The translations under genes and the position numbers were made by a program. DNA of 52,478 nt. It comes from Candidatus Altiarchaeota archaeon (GTDB lineage: Archaea; Altiarchaeota; Altiarchaeia; JAFGQM01). Numbering within the stretch: the stretch's first letter is position 1; the number at the start of each line of letters is the position of its first letter. The stretch lies in NCBI GenBank assembly GCA_041306005.1, contig JBFYKJ010000056.1, positions 1-52,478 of the forward strand. Direction: 5' to 3'. This document shows, piece after piece, positions 14,640 to 22,641 of the stretch. The notes below the pieces were generated by a model. The model did no database searches and had not been told where the DNA came from. It saw only the letters and a list, made by a program, of their open reading frames with translations.

Positions 14640-15578
14640 ATGGCCCCGCTTTTCGAGAGACTAAGGAAGCCGCCGACCGTAGTCAACGTATTGCTGCTGC
14701 ACACCCACGGCGACGTGCATGCCCCTGAGGGCGGGACTGCTGTCGGGGAGGCCTTCGGCAAGCGCCTTAAGTTCGGCCCGGGCGCTTGGGAGCGCAGCTT
14801 CTACGCCCGCCCAAACGGGCTTTTTGGTGGGAGGGCCAGGGTGAACGTGCTTGTAAGGGGGCTTCGCGAGAGTACGCCAGGCGGGGCTGCGTGGAAGGCG
14901 GTGACTCCCGAAGAACTCAGGTCCGCGCACCAGTTGATATCCTTAGCCCCCCTGGACAGCGAGACCTTGGATGCACACGGCAAGCCGGAACTCGCAGGCC
15001 CGCTAGCGCGGCTGGACGCGCAAGGCGCAATCCATAAGGGCATGGCCGACTTGATGGGCGGGGATGAGATACGCGCCAAGGTCGCGGGCGCGGCGGCGAG
15101 GGCCGCCCACCCGAGCAGCGAAAAGAAGGTGCTCATATTCTGCGTGACTGGCTCCGGGATGTCCTCTCTTACCGCTTCGGAGTTCGTTAAGGAATATTCG
15201 GGTCGGGACGCCCATGCGGATAGCATAGGCAGCAATGAGCGGCTGGAAACGCATGAGGGCATGCCGTATAGGATTGTAAGGCGAGCCGCCGGGACATCAA
15301 GGGGGCCCAATCCCGGGAAACCGATGGAGCGCCTCGAACCCCATGAACTGGATACTGCCGACCTTGTATTGACTGACATATGGGCCGCCAACGAAAACGC
15401 GCCTCATGCTATTGAACGACTCGGTAGAAAGGATTACAAAGCCTTGACAGACAGGCTAGAAAGGCTGCACAAGGAAGGCAGGGTCATCAACTGGTTCTAC
15501 AACACGGCCGGCGACAATGTCGTGAAAGTCGAGCCAACGAAGCGGGACACTGCAGTAAGGAAGGCACTCGGGTGGTGA
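14640..15578 (+). CDS. Hypothetical protein with a C-terminal EIIB/LMW-phosphatase-like Cys loop
   Basis: The ATG lies 1 nt after the fen stop. The segment KKVLIFCVTGSGMSSLTASEF followed by ELDTADLVLTD resembles the P-loop of PTS EIIB(cellobiose) / low-Mr phosphatase folds. The Arg of the CX5R motif is absent. Weak, by eye only. Confidence 0.45.
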   Translation: MAPLFERLRKPPTVVNVLLLHTHGDVHAPEGGTAVGEAFGKRLKFGPGAWERSFYARPNGLFGGRARVNVLVRGLRESTPGGAAWKAVTPEELRSAHQLISLAPLDSETLDAHGKPELAGPLARLDAQGAIHKGMADLMGGDEIRAKVAGAAARAAHPSSEKKVLIFCVTGSGMSSLTASEFVKEYSGRDAHADSIGSNERLETHEGMPYRIVRRAAGTSRGPNPGKPMERLEPHELDTADLVLTDIWAANENAPHAIERLGRKDYKALTDRLERLHKEGRVINWFYNTAGDNVVKVEPTKRDTAVRKALGW

Positions 15579-15618
15579 CAGTGCGCTTCGGTTCGATGGC
15601 ACCGCAGTCCTGGCTTGC

Positions 15619-16221
15619 TTAAACCATCCTCAGGAAATACTCGTGCACCCGCGTGTCGTTTGTGAGCTCCGGGTGGAATGCAGTCACTAAAACATTACCC
15701 TGCCTGGCCGCGACTATCCTGTCACTATACTTAGCTAGCACCTCAACGCCCTTTCCGACTGATTCGATCGCCGGCGCGCGGATGAATACCGCGTGGAACG
15801 GTCTTGCCGGATCCGAAAGCCCGTTAAACCCCAAATCGACAGAGAAGCTCTCCTTCTGCCGCCCGAATGCGTTGCGGTCGACGACGGCGTCCATCTTCCC
15901 GAGGAACTCCTGGCCAGTTTTTTCCGCGTCGCGCTTGCCGGCCGATGAGCCCTCCTTAGCTAAGAGTATCATCCCGGCGCAGGTGCCAAAGACGGGCTTC
16001 CGGTATTTTTCCAGTTCGTTGAACATGCCCGTTTTCCTAAGGAGCTTCCACATCGTCGTGGACTCGCCGCCGCTTATGATGAGGCCGTCGGTCCGGGCAA
16101 GCTCCTCCTTGTCGCGGACTATGGAGACACCACCCTTGATGCCGAGGCTCTCCATCGCAGCAATCGTCGCCGCGATGTGCTCTTCAAGGTTTCCCTGCAT
16201 CCCGAGGATTCCGATTATCAT
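15619..16221 (-). CDS. pdxT: Pyridoxal 5'-phosphate synthase glutaminase subunit PdxT
   Basis: MIIGILGMQGNLEEH, GGESTT, GTCAGMILLA, FHPELT. Start at ATG 16221. The N-terminal 83 codons of the track ORF are rejected. Confidence 0.9.
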   Translation of the reverse strand: MIIGILGMQGNLEEHIAATIAAMESLGIKGGVSIVRDKEELARTDGLIISGGESTTMWKLLRKTGMFNELEKYRKPVFGTCAGMILLAKEGSSAGKRDAEKTGQEFLGKMDAVVDRNAFGRQKESFSVDLGFNGLSDPARPFHAVFIRAPAIESVGKGVEVLAKYSDRIVAARQGNVLVTAFHPELTNDTRVHEYFLRMV

Positions 16222-16255
16222 CGGTGTTTTTTCCCGCTCACCCGAAAAAAATAGG

Positions 16256-16825
16256 ATGGTCGCCAAGAAACCCGGCGGGAAGGGCAGGGGGCACAGGATA
16301 AAGCCCATCATCGTGGAGATGGGCACCGGCCCGGAGCTCGCACGGGCGCGCTGGCTGCAAAAGCAGTTCAAGAGGGCGAAGATAATCGCGTTCGACGTGC
16401 GGGCTCCGAAAAAGCCCGTGCCGAATGGAATAAAGTTCGTCAAGGGCAAAGCCGTCCAGAAACTTAACAAGATGCCGAAGGCCTCGGTGAGCAGGGTCTA
16501 CGCCGACAATTATTTCTCCAACGAGGCCGGGGTCCTGGGGAAAGAGGGCATGGCGATAAGGCCAAAGACCCTCGGCGCGATAAAGAGGGCGCTAAAGGAC
16601 GGCGGGGAGTTTCACGTCACGACGCCCGCGTTCCACGGGAGGCTCCTTGCGAAAAAGCTGGCTGAGAGCGGGTTTGTGATAACCAAGAGGCGGCCGGTCC
16701 GGAAGGGCGACTTCATGAGCCCGATGGTAAAGGAGGATTTTGAAGAGCTTTCCCGGGGCGAGCACCGCAAGGCAGGGAAGGGGATATGGCCGTACCGGGT
16801 GGTGGCGGTGAGGGTGAGAGAGTAG
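16256..16825 (+). CDS. Putative class I SAM-dependent methyltransferase-like protein
   Basis: Motif-I-like IIVEMGTGPE, an acidic AFDV, and a post-motif LKDGGEFHV. ATG 16256 lies only 34 nt from the divergent pdxT start. The track ORF start at 15653 runs antisense to pdxT and is rejected. Confidence 0.5.
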   Translation: MVAKKPGGKGRGHRIKPIIVEMGTGPELARARWLQKQFKRAKIIAFDVRAPKKPVPNGIKFVKGKAVQKLNKMPKASVSRVYADNYFSNEAGVLGKEGMAIRPKTLGAIKRALKDGGEFHVTTPAFHGRLLAKKLAESGFVITKRRPVRKGDFMSPMVKEDFEELSRGEHRKAGKGIWPYRVVAVRVRE

Positions 16826-16852
16826 GCGCTTTGCGAATCGTATAGCAGACCC

Positions 16853-17086
16853 TCAAGCCCCCTTTATCGCGTTCAAGAACTCCTCGACATCTATCCCAAT
16901 GTCCTTCTTTATTATCTTGTTAAGGAGGCTGCGGTCGATGTCCTCGCCGCCGTGGACGGGCACGATAGTCGTCCTGCCATCGGGATGCTCCAAGAAGACA
17001 TGGCTCCCCTTTTGCCGAATCGCCGCAAACCCCAGTTTTGAAAGCGCTGCGATGACTTCCTTCCCCGACATCTGAGGCAGCTTCAT
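16853..17086 (-). CDS. hicA: HicA-family mRNA interferase toxin
   Basis: 77 aa, reading MSGKEVIAALSKLGFAAIRQKGSHVFLEHPDGRTTIVPVHGGEDI (YcfA/HicA fold with the GSH motif). The ATG lies 1 nt after the hicB stop. Confidence 0.85.
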   Translation of the reverse strand: MKLPQMSGKEVIAALSKLGFAAIRQKGSHVFLEHPDGRTTIVPVHGGEDIDRSLLNKIIKKDIGIDVEEFLNAIKGA

Positions 17087-17087
17087 C

Positions 17088-17294
17088 CTAGACTGCGACC
17101 TTCTGCAGGCCGACGAACTTCGTCTCGATGCGGACCTTCGGGAGGCATTCAGAGTACAACGCTATGGCTTCCTTTGTCCTCTTAAGGAGCTCGTCAATAG
17201 TCTTTGCCTGCGTATGGCAGCCGGGCAGCTCGACGACCTCTGAGACCAGGTAGCCGTCCTGGCCCTGCTCGATTATGACATTGTACTCTTTCAT
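17088..17294 (-). CDS. hicB: HicB-family antitoxin (UPF0150-type, no obvious DNA-binding extension)
   Basis: 68 aa, reading YNVIIEQGQDGYLVSEVVELPGCHTQAKTIDELLKRTKEAIALY. This is a typical HicB N-terminal domain. Confidence 0.8.
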   Translation of the reverse strand: MKEYNVIIEQGQDGYLVSEVVELPGCHTQAKTIDELLKRTKEAIALYSECLPKVRIETKFVGLQKVAV

Positions 17295-17342
17295 GAGTAG
17301 GTTAGAGAAGGATGGGATAAAAACGGCGGGCGGGCTAAGAGG

Positions 17343-17353
17343 TGTAGTGTAAA
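17343..17353 (-). promoter_or_regulatory. Motif copy TTTACACTACA (minus strand) 49-59 nt upstream of hicB
   Basis: It has the same orientation and the same distance to the ATG as the copy upstream of fen (50-60 nt). On the minus strand it is preceded by CTATATGG. Confidence 0.35.
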
Positions 17354-17401
17354 AACCATATAGGTAAGGGGGATAAGCAGTAGACTGAAGACCGCAGACC
17401 C

Positions 17402-18325
17402 TTAAACTCCCCTGTGCGCCAACTTGTGCTTGTCCTCCATGGTCCTTATGTCCAAACCGGGCATCGCATCGCCGAGACCGGTCGAGACCCTGAGGAGCTC
17501 CTTAGGCTTGTCGTAGTGTAAAACCGACTCGACTATCGCCCTTGCCATCTTTTCCGGCTGCTTGGACTTAAAAATCCCGCTGCCGACAAAGACGCCATCC
17601 GCGCCCATCTGCATCATGAGGGCGGCGTCTGCCGGGGTAGCTATACCGCCTGCGGCGAAGTTGACTACGGTGAGGCGCCCGAGCTCGGCCGTTTTCTTAA
17701 CTAATTCGAATGGCACCCGGTATTCGGCGGCCTTCCTCTTCAACGCGTTCTCGTCCTTGGATTTAAGGAGCCTCACAAGCTCGGCTATCTCGCGGTTTAT
17801 GGCGTTCATGTGGCGCACGGCCTCGACGACGTTGCCCGTCCCGGCCTCGCCCTTCGTCCTTATCATCGCCGCGCCCTCGTGGATGCGCCTTAGGGCCTCG
17901 CCAAGATTGCGCGCGCCGCACACGAAAGGGACTGTGAATTTAGATTTATCAATGTGGTGCTCCTCGTCCGCAGGTGTTAAGACTTCTGACTCGTCCACCA
18001 TGTCAACCCCCATCTCCTGGAGTATCTGGGCTTCCACCGGGTGGCCGATTCGCGCCTTGGCCATGACAGGTATAGTGACAGTATCTAATATCTCCTGCAC
18101 CTTCGTCGGGTCTGCCATTCGCGCCACGCCACCGGCCGCGCGTATGTCGGAGGGGACTCTCTCAAGAGCCATCACAGCCACCGCCCCCGCTTTCTCGGCT
18201 ATCCTGGCCTGCTCGGCATTGGTCACGTCCATTATGACGCCGTGCTTCACCATCGAGGCGAAGCCGCGCTTTATCTGGTCGGTCCCTTTCAGCTCTGAAG
18301 CCCCGGCAGCCCTTTTCTTGGCCAT
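17402..18325 (-). CDS. pdxS: Pyridoxal 5'-phosphate synthase lyase subunit PdxS
   Basis: [79 protein letters not shown]. Confidence 0.95.
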   Translation of the reverse strand: MAKKRAAGASELKGTDQIKRGFASMVKHGVIMDVTNAEQARIAEKAGAVAVMALERVPSDIRAAGGVARMADPTKVQEILDTVTIPVMAKARIGHPVEAQILQEMGVDMVDESEVLTPADEEHHIDKSKFTVPFVCGARNLGEALRRIHEGAAMIRTKGEAGTGNVVEAVRHMNAINREIAELVRLLKSKDENALKRKAAEYRVPFELVKKTAELGRLTVVNFAAGGIATPADAALMMQMGADGVFVGSGIFKSKQPEKMARAIVESVLHYDKPKELLRVSTGLGDAMPGLDIRTMEDKHKLAHRGV

Positions 18326-18378
18326 ATCGGAATAATTCGCGGGTATATTTTCAGGTGAGGCTTATAAAACTATATAGT

Positions 18379-20151
18379 ATGGAAGGACTCGCGAGGGAGC
18401 TGATAGAATCCATCGTCTCCGGGAAGATTAAGGACAAGGATAGCCTTGTCAGGGAAAAAGCCCGCCTCTGCGAGCAGTATCACCTCTCGAGCTTCCCAAA
18501 GAACTCCGAGATACTCCAGTTCGCCGAGGAGGACGAGTACGATGAAGTGATCACACTCCTCCAGAAGAAACCCACAAGGACGATCTCGGGCGTCGCGGTC
18601 ATAGCCGCGATGACTAAGCCCCACAAGTGCCCACACGGGAAGTGCATCTACTGCCCGGGGGGGGTGGATGCGGAAGTCCCGCAGTCTTATACGGGAAAAG
18701 AACCCGCCACCAGAAGGGCTATAATGCACAATTATGACCCGTACCAGCAGGTCCATGCGCGGCTGGAACAACTGGATACAATCGGCCACCCGATAGACAA
18801 GTGCGAGCTCATCCTCATGGGCGGGACGCTCCCGTCCCAGCCGTACGTCTACCAGGACTACTTCGTCAAAGGTTGTTTACAGGCGATGAACGATTACTCG
18901 GTGGAGCGGCACAAACCGTCTACCGCCGCAGGCAAAGCCGTGAAGAGCGTCAAAGGGATGAGGCTGAAGGCGATGAAGACTTTGGCCCTCGGCTGGAAGA
19001 GGATGCCGATAGCCGAGGTCCAGCGCGCGAACGAGCACGCGGAGGTGAGGTGCGTCGGGATGACTTTTGAGACTCGGCCCGATTATGCCAGAAGGAGGGA
19101 GGTCGACTTCATGCTCAAGATGGGCGGCACCAAGGTGGAGATAGGGGTCCAGACCCTGAGGGACGGAGTTTACAGGAAAGTGGAAAGGGGGCACACCGTC
19201 GCTGATGTCGCCATATCCACTCAGGTGATGAAAGACGCGCTCCTAAAGGTCGGCTACCAGATGATGCCAGGGCTCTTCGCCGACGAGAAACAGGACTACC
19301 AGATGTTCAAGGAGATGATAGAGGATGAGAGGTTCAAGCCCGATCTGGTCAAGTTCTATCCCTGTCTTGTATTAAGGGGCACGAAGCTTTACGACATGTG
19401 GGAGAAAGGGGAGTATGAGCCGTATAACACCGAACAGGCAGTCAGGCTCCTCGCGAAGGTCAAGAAGATAGTGCCGCCGTGGATGCGCGTCATAAGGATA
19501 CAAAGGGACATACCGATAGACCTTGTCGTCGCGGGAGTGACGAAATCGAACTTAAGGGAACTTGTCGAGGGCGAGATGAAGAAGCACGGCGACCGCTGCA
19601 GGTGCATAAGGTGCAGGGAAGTGGGCCTGCGCATGGCGCGCGACAAGGTCGAGCCCGACGCGGACGCGATAGAGCTCAAGAGGATAGACTACGACGCGAG
19701 CGGCGGGGCAGAGACGTTCCTAAGTTTTGAGGATACTACTAATGATCTCCTGATAGGCTTCCTTAGATTAAGGAAGCCAAGCATAGGCGCGCACCGGAGG
19801 GAGATGCTCTGCGAGGGCGATGATTGGAAGAAAAGGAAGGAGCGCGCGGGCGAGTCGGTTGATGCACCGCACCCCCCAAGGAGAGACGGGAAGATAGTCT
19901 GCGCCGCGGGCATAAGGGAGCTTCACGTCTACGGGCCGATGGTGGAGATAGGGGAGAATGCGCAGGAGAAGTGGCAGCACCGCGGTTACGGGAAGGAGCT
20001 CCTTAAGGAGGCGGAGAGGATAGCCTCCGAGGAATGGGGGCTTAACAAGATCAGGGTCATAAGCGGCATAGGGGCGAGGGATTATTACAGGAAGTTCGGG
20101 TACAAGCGGGTGGGGCCGTATATGGGGAAAGATTTGGATAATAGGAAGTAG
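18379..20151 (+). CDS. elp3: Elp3-type tRNA uridine(34) modification radical SAM/acetyltransferase
   Basis: Radical-SAM Cys triad KCPHGKCIYCPGG and a C-terminal GNAT region (IRELHVYG..QHRGYGKELLKEAERIA). ATG 18379 is preferred over GTG 18355. Confidence 0.9.
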   Translation: MEGLARELIESIVSGKIKDKDSLVREKARLCEQYHLSSFPKNSEILQFAEEDEYDEVITLLQKKPTRTISGVAVIAAMTKPHKCPHGKCIYCPGGVDAEVPQSYTGKEPATRRAIMHNYDPYQQVHARLEQLDTIGHPIDKCELILMGGTLPSQPYVYQDYFVKGCLQAMNDYSVERHKPSTAAGKAVKSVKGMRLKAMKTLALGWKRMPIAEVQRANEHAEVRCVGMTFETRPDYARRREVDFMLKMGGTKVEIGVQTLRDGVYRKVERGHTVADVAISTQVMKDALLKVGYQMMPGLFADEKQDYQMFKEMIEDERFKPDLVKFYPCLVLRGTKLYDMWEKGEYEPYNTEQAVRLLAKVKKIVPPWMRVIRIQRDIPIDLVVAGVTKSNLRELVEGEMKKHGDRCRCIRCREVGLRMARDKVEPDADAIELKRIDYDASGGAETFLSFEDTTNDLLIGFLRLRKPSIGAHRREMLCEGDDWKKRKERAGESVDAPHPPRRDGKIVCAAGIRELHVYGPMVEIGENAQEKWQHRGYGKELLKEAERIASEEWGLNKIRVISGIGARDYYRKFGYKRVGPYMGKDLDNRK

Positions 20152-20221
20152 CTTAGCAAGCACGCCTCACTATGTGACTGGCTATAGAAGGTTTTTATTC
20201 AACCAGACATCAGAATTGACA

Positions 20222-20767
20222 ATGGCCTCCAAGACCGTCGGGCTGCTGGTTATCGCTGGTGTCCTCTCTATACTGCCGCTGCAAAGCGTTATATTCCACC
20301 CGTCAGACCCCAACTGGGACATTTCGCGGAACAGCGGGATAAGCACTTATGTATCCCTGCTGATAATGGTTTTGATATGCTCCCTTATGGCGATGCACTT
20401 GCTCAAAGCGCAATCAATGGCGCGGCTTGACATATTCCTGGCCATCCTCGTCAGCGCTTTGATAGGCTTTCATTCCCTGTACGCCGTCGCAATGGCTCTG
20501 TTCGGCATTGTATACACCCCGCTGTCCATATTATACTGGGTCCTTGGGTGCATAATACCGTTCGTTCTGACCTATTATGCGGCCCACCTGCTGCTCTCTA
20601 AGTGGCTTGGGCACGAAAAGGGCGAATCAAAGAAGGCGGCCATAATCACGGGCATCCTGTGCCACTATGTGATCGTCATCATCCTTCAGAGCTATATCAT
20701 ACACCCCTGGCTGTTCCCAGTGCAATGGATGCCCGGCCCGGCGGCCTCGGCTTTGGGCGGACTCTAA
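20222..20767 (+). CDS. Integral membrane protein (about 5 TM), unknown function
   Basis: Hydrophobic ORF. ATG 20222 (MASKTVGLLVIAG) is preferred over GTG 20174. Confidence 0.55.
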   Translation: MASKTVGLLVIAGVLSILPLQSVIFHPSDPNWDISRNSGISTYVSLLIMVLICSLMAMHLLKAQSMARLDIFLAILVSALIGFHSLYAVAMALFGIVYTPLSILYWVLGCIIPFVLTYYAAHLLLSKWLGHEKGESKKAAIITGILCHYVIVIILQSYIIHPWLFPVQWMPGPAASALGGL

Positions 20768-20776
20768 GCCCGTCTT

Positions 20777-20986
20777 TCATGTCCTCATCTTCCTTAAGTC
20801 CCACACCGCAAACGCCACCACTACCACGCCTATCATCCAGTGGTTGAAATACGGGTCCAGCCAAGCGAGGCCGACAGAGCCGTAATTGAACCTTATCTGG
20901 TGTAGAAGGAAGGAGTCCGCTATCAGGTACAGGCCCAACAGTATCAGAAGGTAATCAACCAGCTTGTGGGTTTTTTTGTCAATCAC
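20777..20986 (-). CDS. Small membrane protein (2 TM)
   Basis: 69-aa ORF with two hydrophobic helices. No family recognised. Confidence 0.45.
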   Translation of the reverse strand: MIDKKTHKLVDYLLILLGLYLIADSFLLHQIRFNYGSVGLAWLDPYFNHWMIGVVVVAFAVWDLRKMRT

Positions 20987-21002
20987 TTTAGTCGGGTTGC
21001 AA

Positions 21003-21545
21003 TCAGGCTTTCCCCATCATCCTGTCTATTTGTCTGTAGAGCTCTGCGACCGTACCGGTGTTGTCGATGACGACGTCCGCCATCTTCCTGACCTTGTCAA
21101 GCTCTTTTTCAGTCGCAGCTTTCTCCTTCTCCTTAAACTCTGAAAGCGTCATCTTCCCTTCGCCCTTTTCCCCCCTCTTCTTGCTGCGCTCGTAGCGAAG
21201 CTGGAGAGGCGCGTCGATGAATATCAGCTTGTTGTGCGGGAACTTCTTTAGCATCTCCGCCTCGTTGACGTACCTTATCCCGTCTATCAGGCGAAGCTCC
21301 GACTTAGCCGCCTTTAGGTCCCCCTCCATCGCGCCGACAAGGACTTCTGCGCCCAGCTCGGCGCGCAGCCCCTTGCCCAATTTTTGCAAATTCTCGCGGG
21401 TGATCGGCAGGGAAAGGCGCTTAAGGATGTCGCTCAGTATGTCCGAATAGATGAACTGCTGGGCCTTGTACTTCTTCTTCAGGTGGGCGGCTGCGGTCCC
21501 TTTCCCGGAGCCTATGCGGCCGGAAAGGCCGATGACTAGTATCAT
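21003..21545 (-). CDS. P-loop nucleotide kinase (CoaE / dNMP-kinase-like)
   Basis: Walker A motif VIGLSGRIGSGKGT at the N-terminus, about 180 aa, with an LID-like basic segment. It is divergent from the dCMP deaminase gene. Substrate not assignable. Confidence 0.6.
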   Translation of the reverse strand: MILVIGLSGRIGSGKGTAAAHLKKKYKAQQFIYSDILSDILKRLSLPITRENLQKLGKGLRAELGAEVLVGAMEGDLKAAKSELRLIDGIRYVNEAEMLKKFPHNKLIFIDAPLQLRYERSKKRGEKGEGKMTLSEFKEKEKAATEKELDKVRKMADVVIDNTGTVAELYRQIDRMMGKA

Positions 21546-21656
21546 TTTGTTTCGGATAGTCTGGTGCTTATTTTCGGTATTATTAACAGGTTGGCGCCTT
21601 TGTGCGGCTAAATGCCATCCTTATTGTTTTTTAGCCGGGCTTATTAAATTAGCACG

Positions 21657-22208
21657 ATGGCCGATTTCCTGGGATGCCTGGACAATGAGTTCGTGGACGA
21701 GGAGGAGGGCAGGGACGCGAAGACAAAGCGCGAGGACTACCTGCACTGGGACGACTACTTCATGGGAATAGCCCTTTTATCCGCCCAGAGGAGCAAGGAC
21801 CCGAGCACCCAAGTCGGCGCGTGCATAGTCGACGAGAATTTGAAGATCGTGGGCATAGGCTACAACGGCTTCCCAAGGGGCTGCAGCGACGAGGTCCTGC
21901 CCTGGGCGAGGAAGGCGAAGGATGTCAAAGAAACAAAATACCCGTACGTCGTCCACGCCGAGGTCAACGCGATACTGAATTCCACGGTCAAGCTGGGCAA
22001 CGCGAAGATGTATGTCGCCCTCTTCCCGTGCAACGAGTGCGCGAAGATGATAATCCAGGCCGGGATAAAGGAGATAATCTACCTTAGCGACAAATATGCC
22101 GGCACCGACTCGGTCGTCGCGGCGAAGAGGATGCTCGAGATGGCCGGGGTGAAACTGAGGAAGCTCAAGCCCAAGGTGAAAGACCTGAAGATAGCGTTCA
22201 CGTTCTAG
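21657..22208 (+). CDS. dCMP (deoxycytidylate) deaminase
   Basis: Zinc motifs HAEVNAI and [14 protein letters not shown]. Confidence 0.88.
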   Translation: MADFLGCLDNEFVDEEEGRDAKTKREDYLHWDDYFMGIALLSAQRSKDPSTQVGACIVDENLKIVGIGYNGFPRGCSDEVLPWARKAKDVKETKYPYVVHAEVNAILNSTVKLGNAKMYVALFPCNECAKMIIQAGIKEIIYLSDKYAGTDSVVAAKRMLEMAGVKLRKLKPKVKDLKIAFTF

Positions 22209-22277
22209 CCGCTTGGCAAAGCCTCGTGCGCCCACTCAGCCCCTTAAGCTTTTTTACCGCCCAAAGGCAAACTAAAC

Positions 22278-22577
22278 ATGGCAAAGGAAGGCACCGACTG
22301 GGAGTACGAAGTCGCGTACAAGATACTCGACCTCTATGTGAAGGAGCTGACCGAGAGGAAAGACAAGAGGATGCTCGACATCGAGGGCCTTGTCGAATCC
22401 TATTTCTACATCCTCGGCCGCCTCAAGGTAGGCTCTCACGAGGTCGACCAGATAGTAAAGGCTGTGCGCGACGATTTGCGCAAAAACCCGGAGGGCCCCG
22501 CCGATAGCGGGCTCAGGGACGCAGTCGGCAAGAAGAAGATGAGCGCCGGTTTGCTGAAGGCGTTAGAGGGCATGTGA
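22278..22577 (+). CDS. Hypothetical helical protein
   Basis: 99-aa ORF with coding-like composition. No family recognised. Confidence 0.45.
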   Translation: MAKEGTDWEYEVAYKILDLYVKELTERKDKRMLDIEGLVESYFYILGRLKVGSHEVDQIVKAVRDDLRKNPEGPADSGLRDAVGKKKMSAGLLKALEGM

Positions 22578-22641
22578 GGCCCAAGAGAACTAGGGTGTAA
22601 TTATTCTGGGCAGCCGCAGCAGTCAAAAACATCTAAAGCGG

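Noticed and set aside
17512-17522. Extra copy of the TTACACTAC motif inside pdxS
   Set aside because: It lies within conserved coding sequence (VLHYD) and has a mismatch at the 3' end. It is treated as coincidental rather than regulatory.
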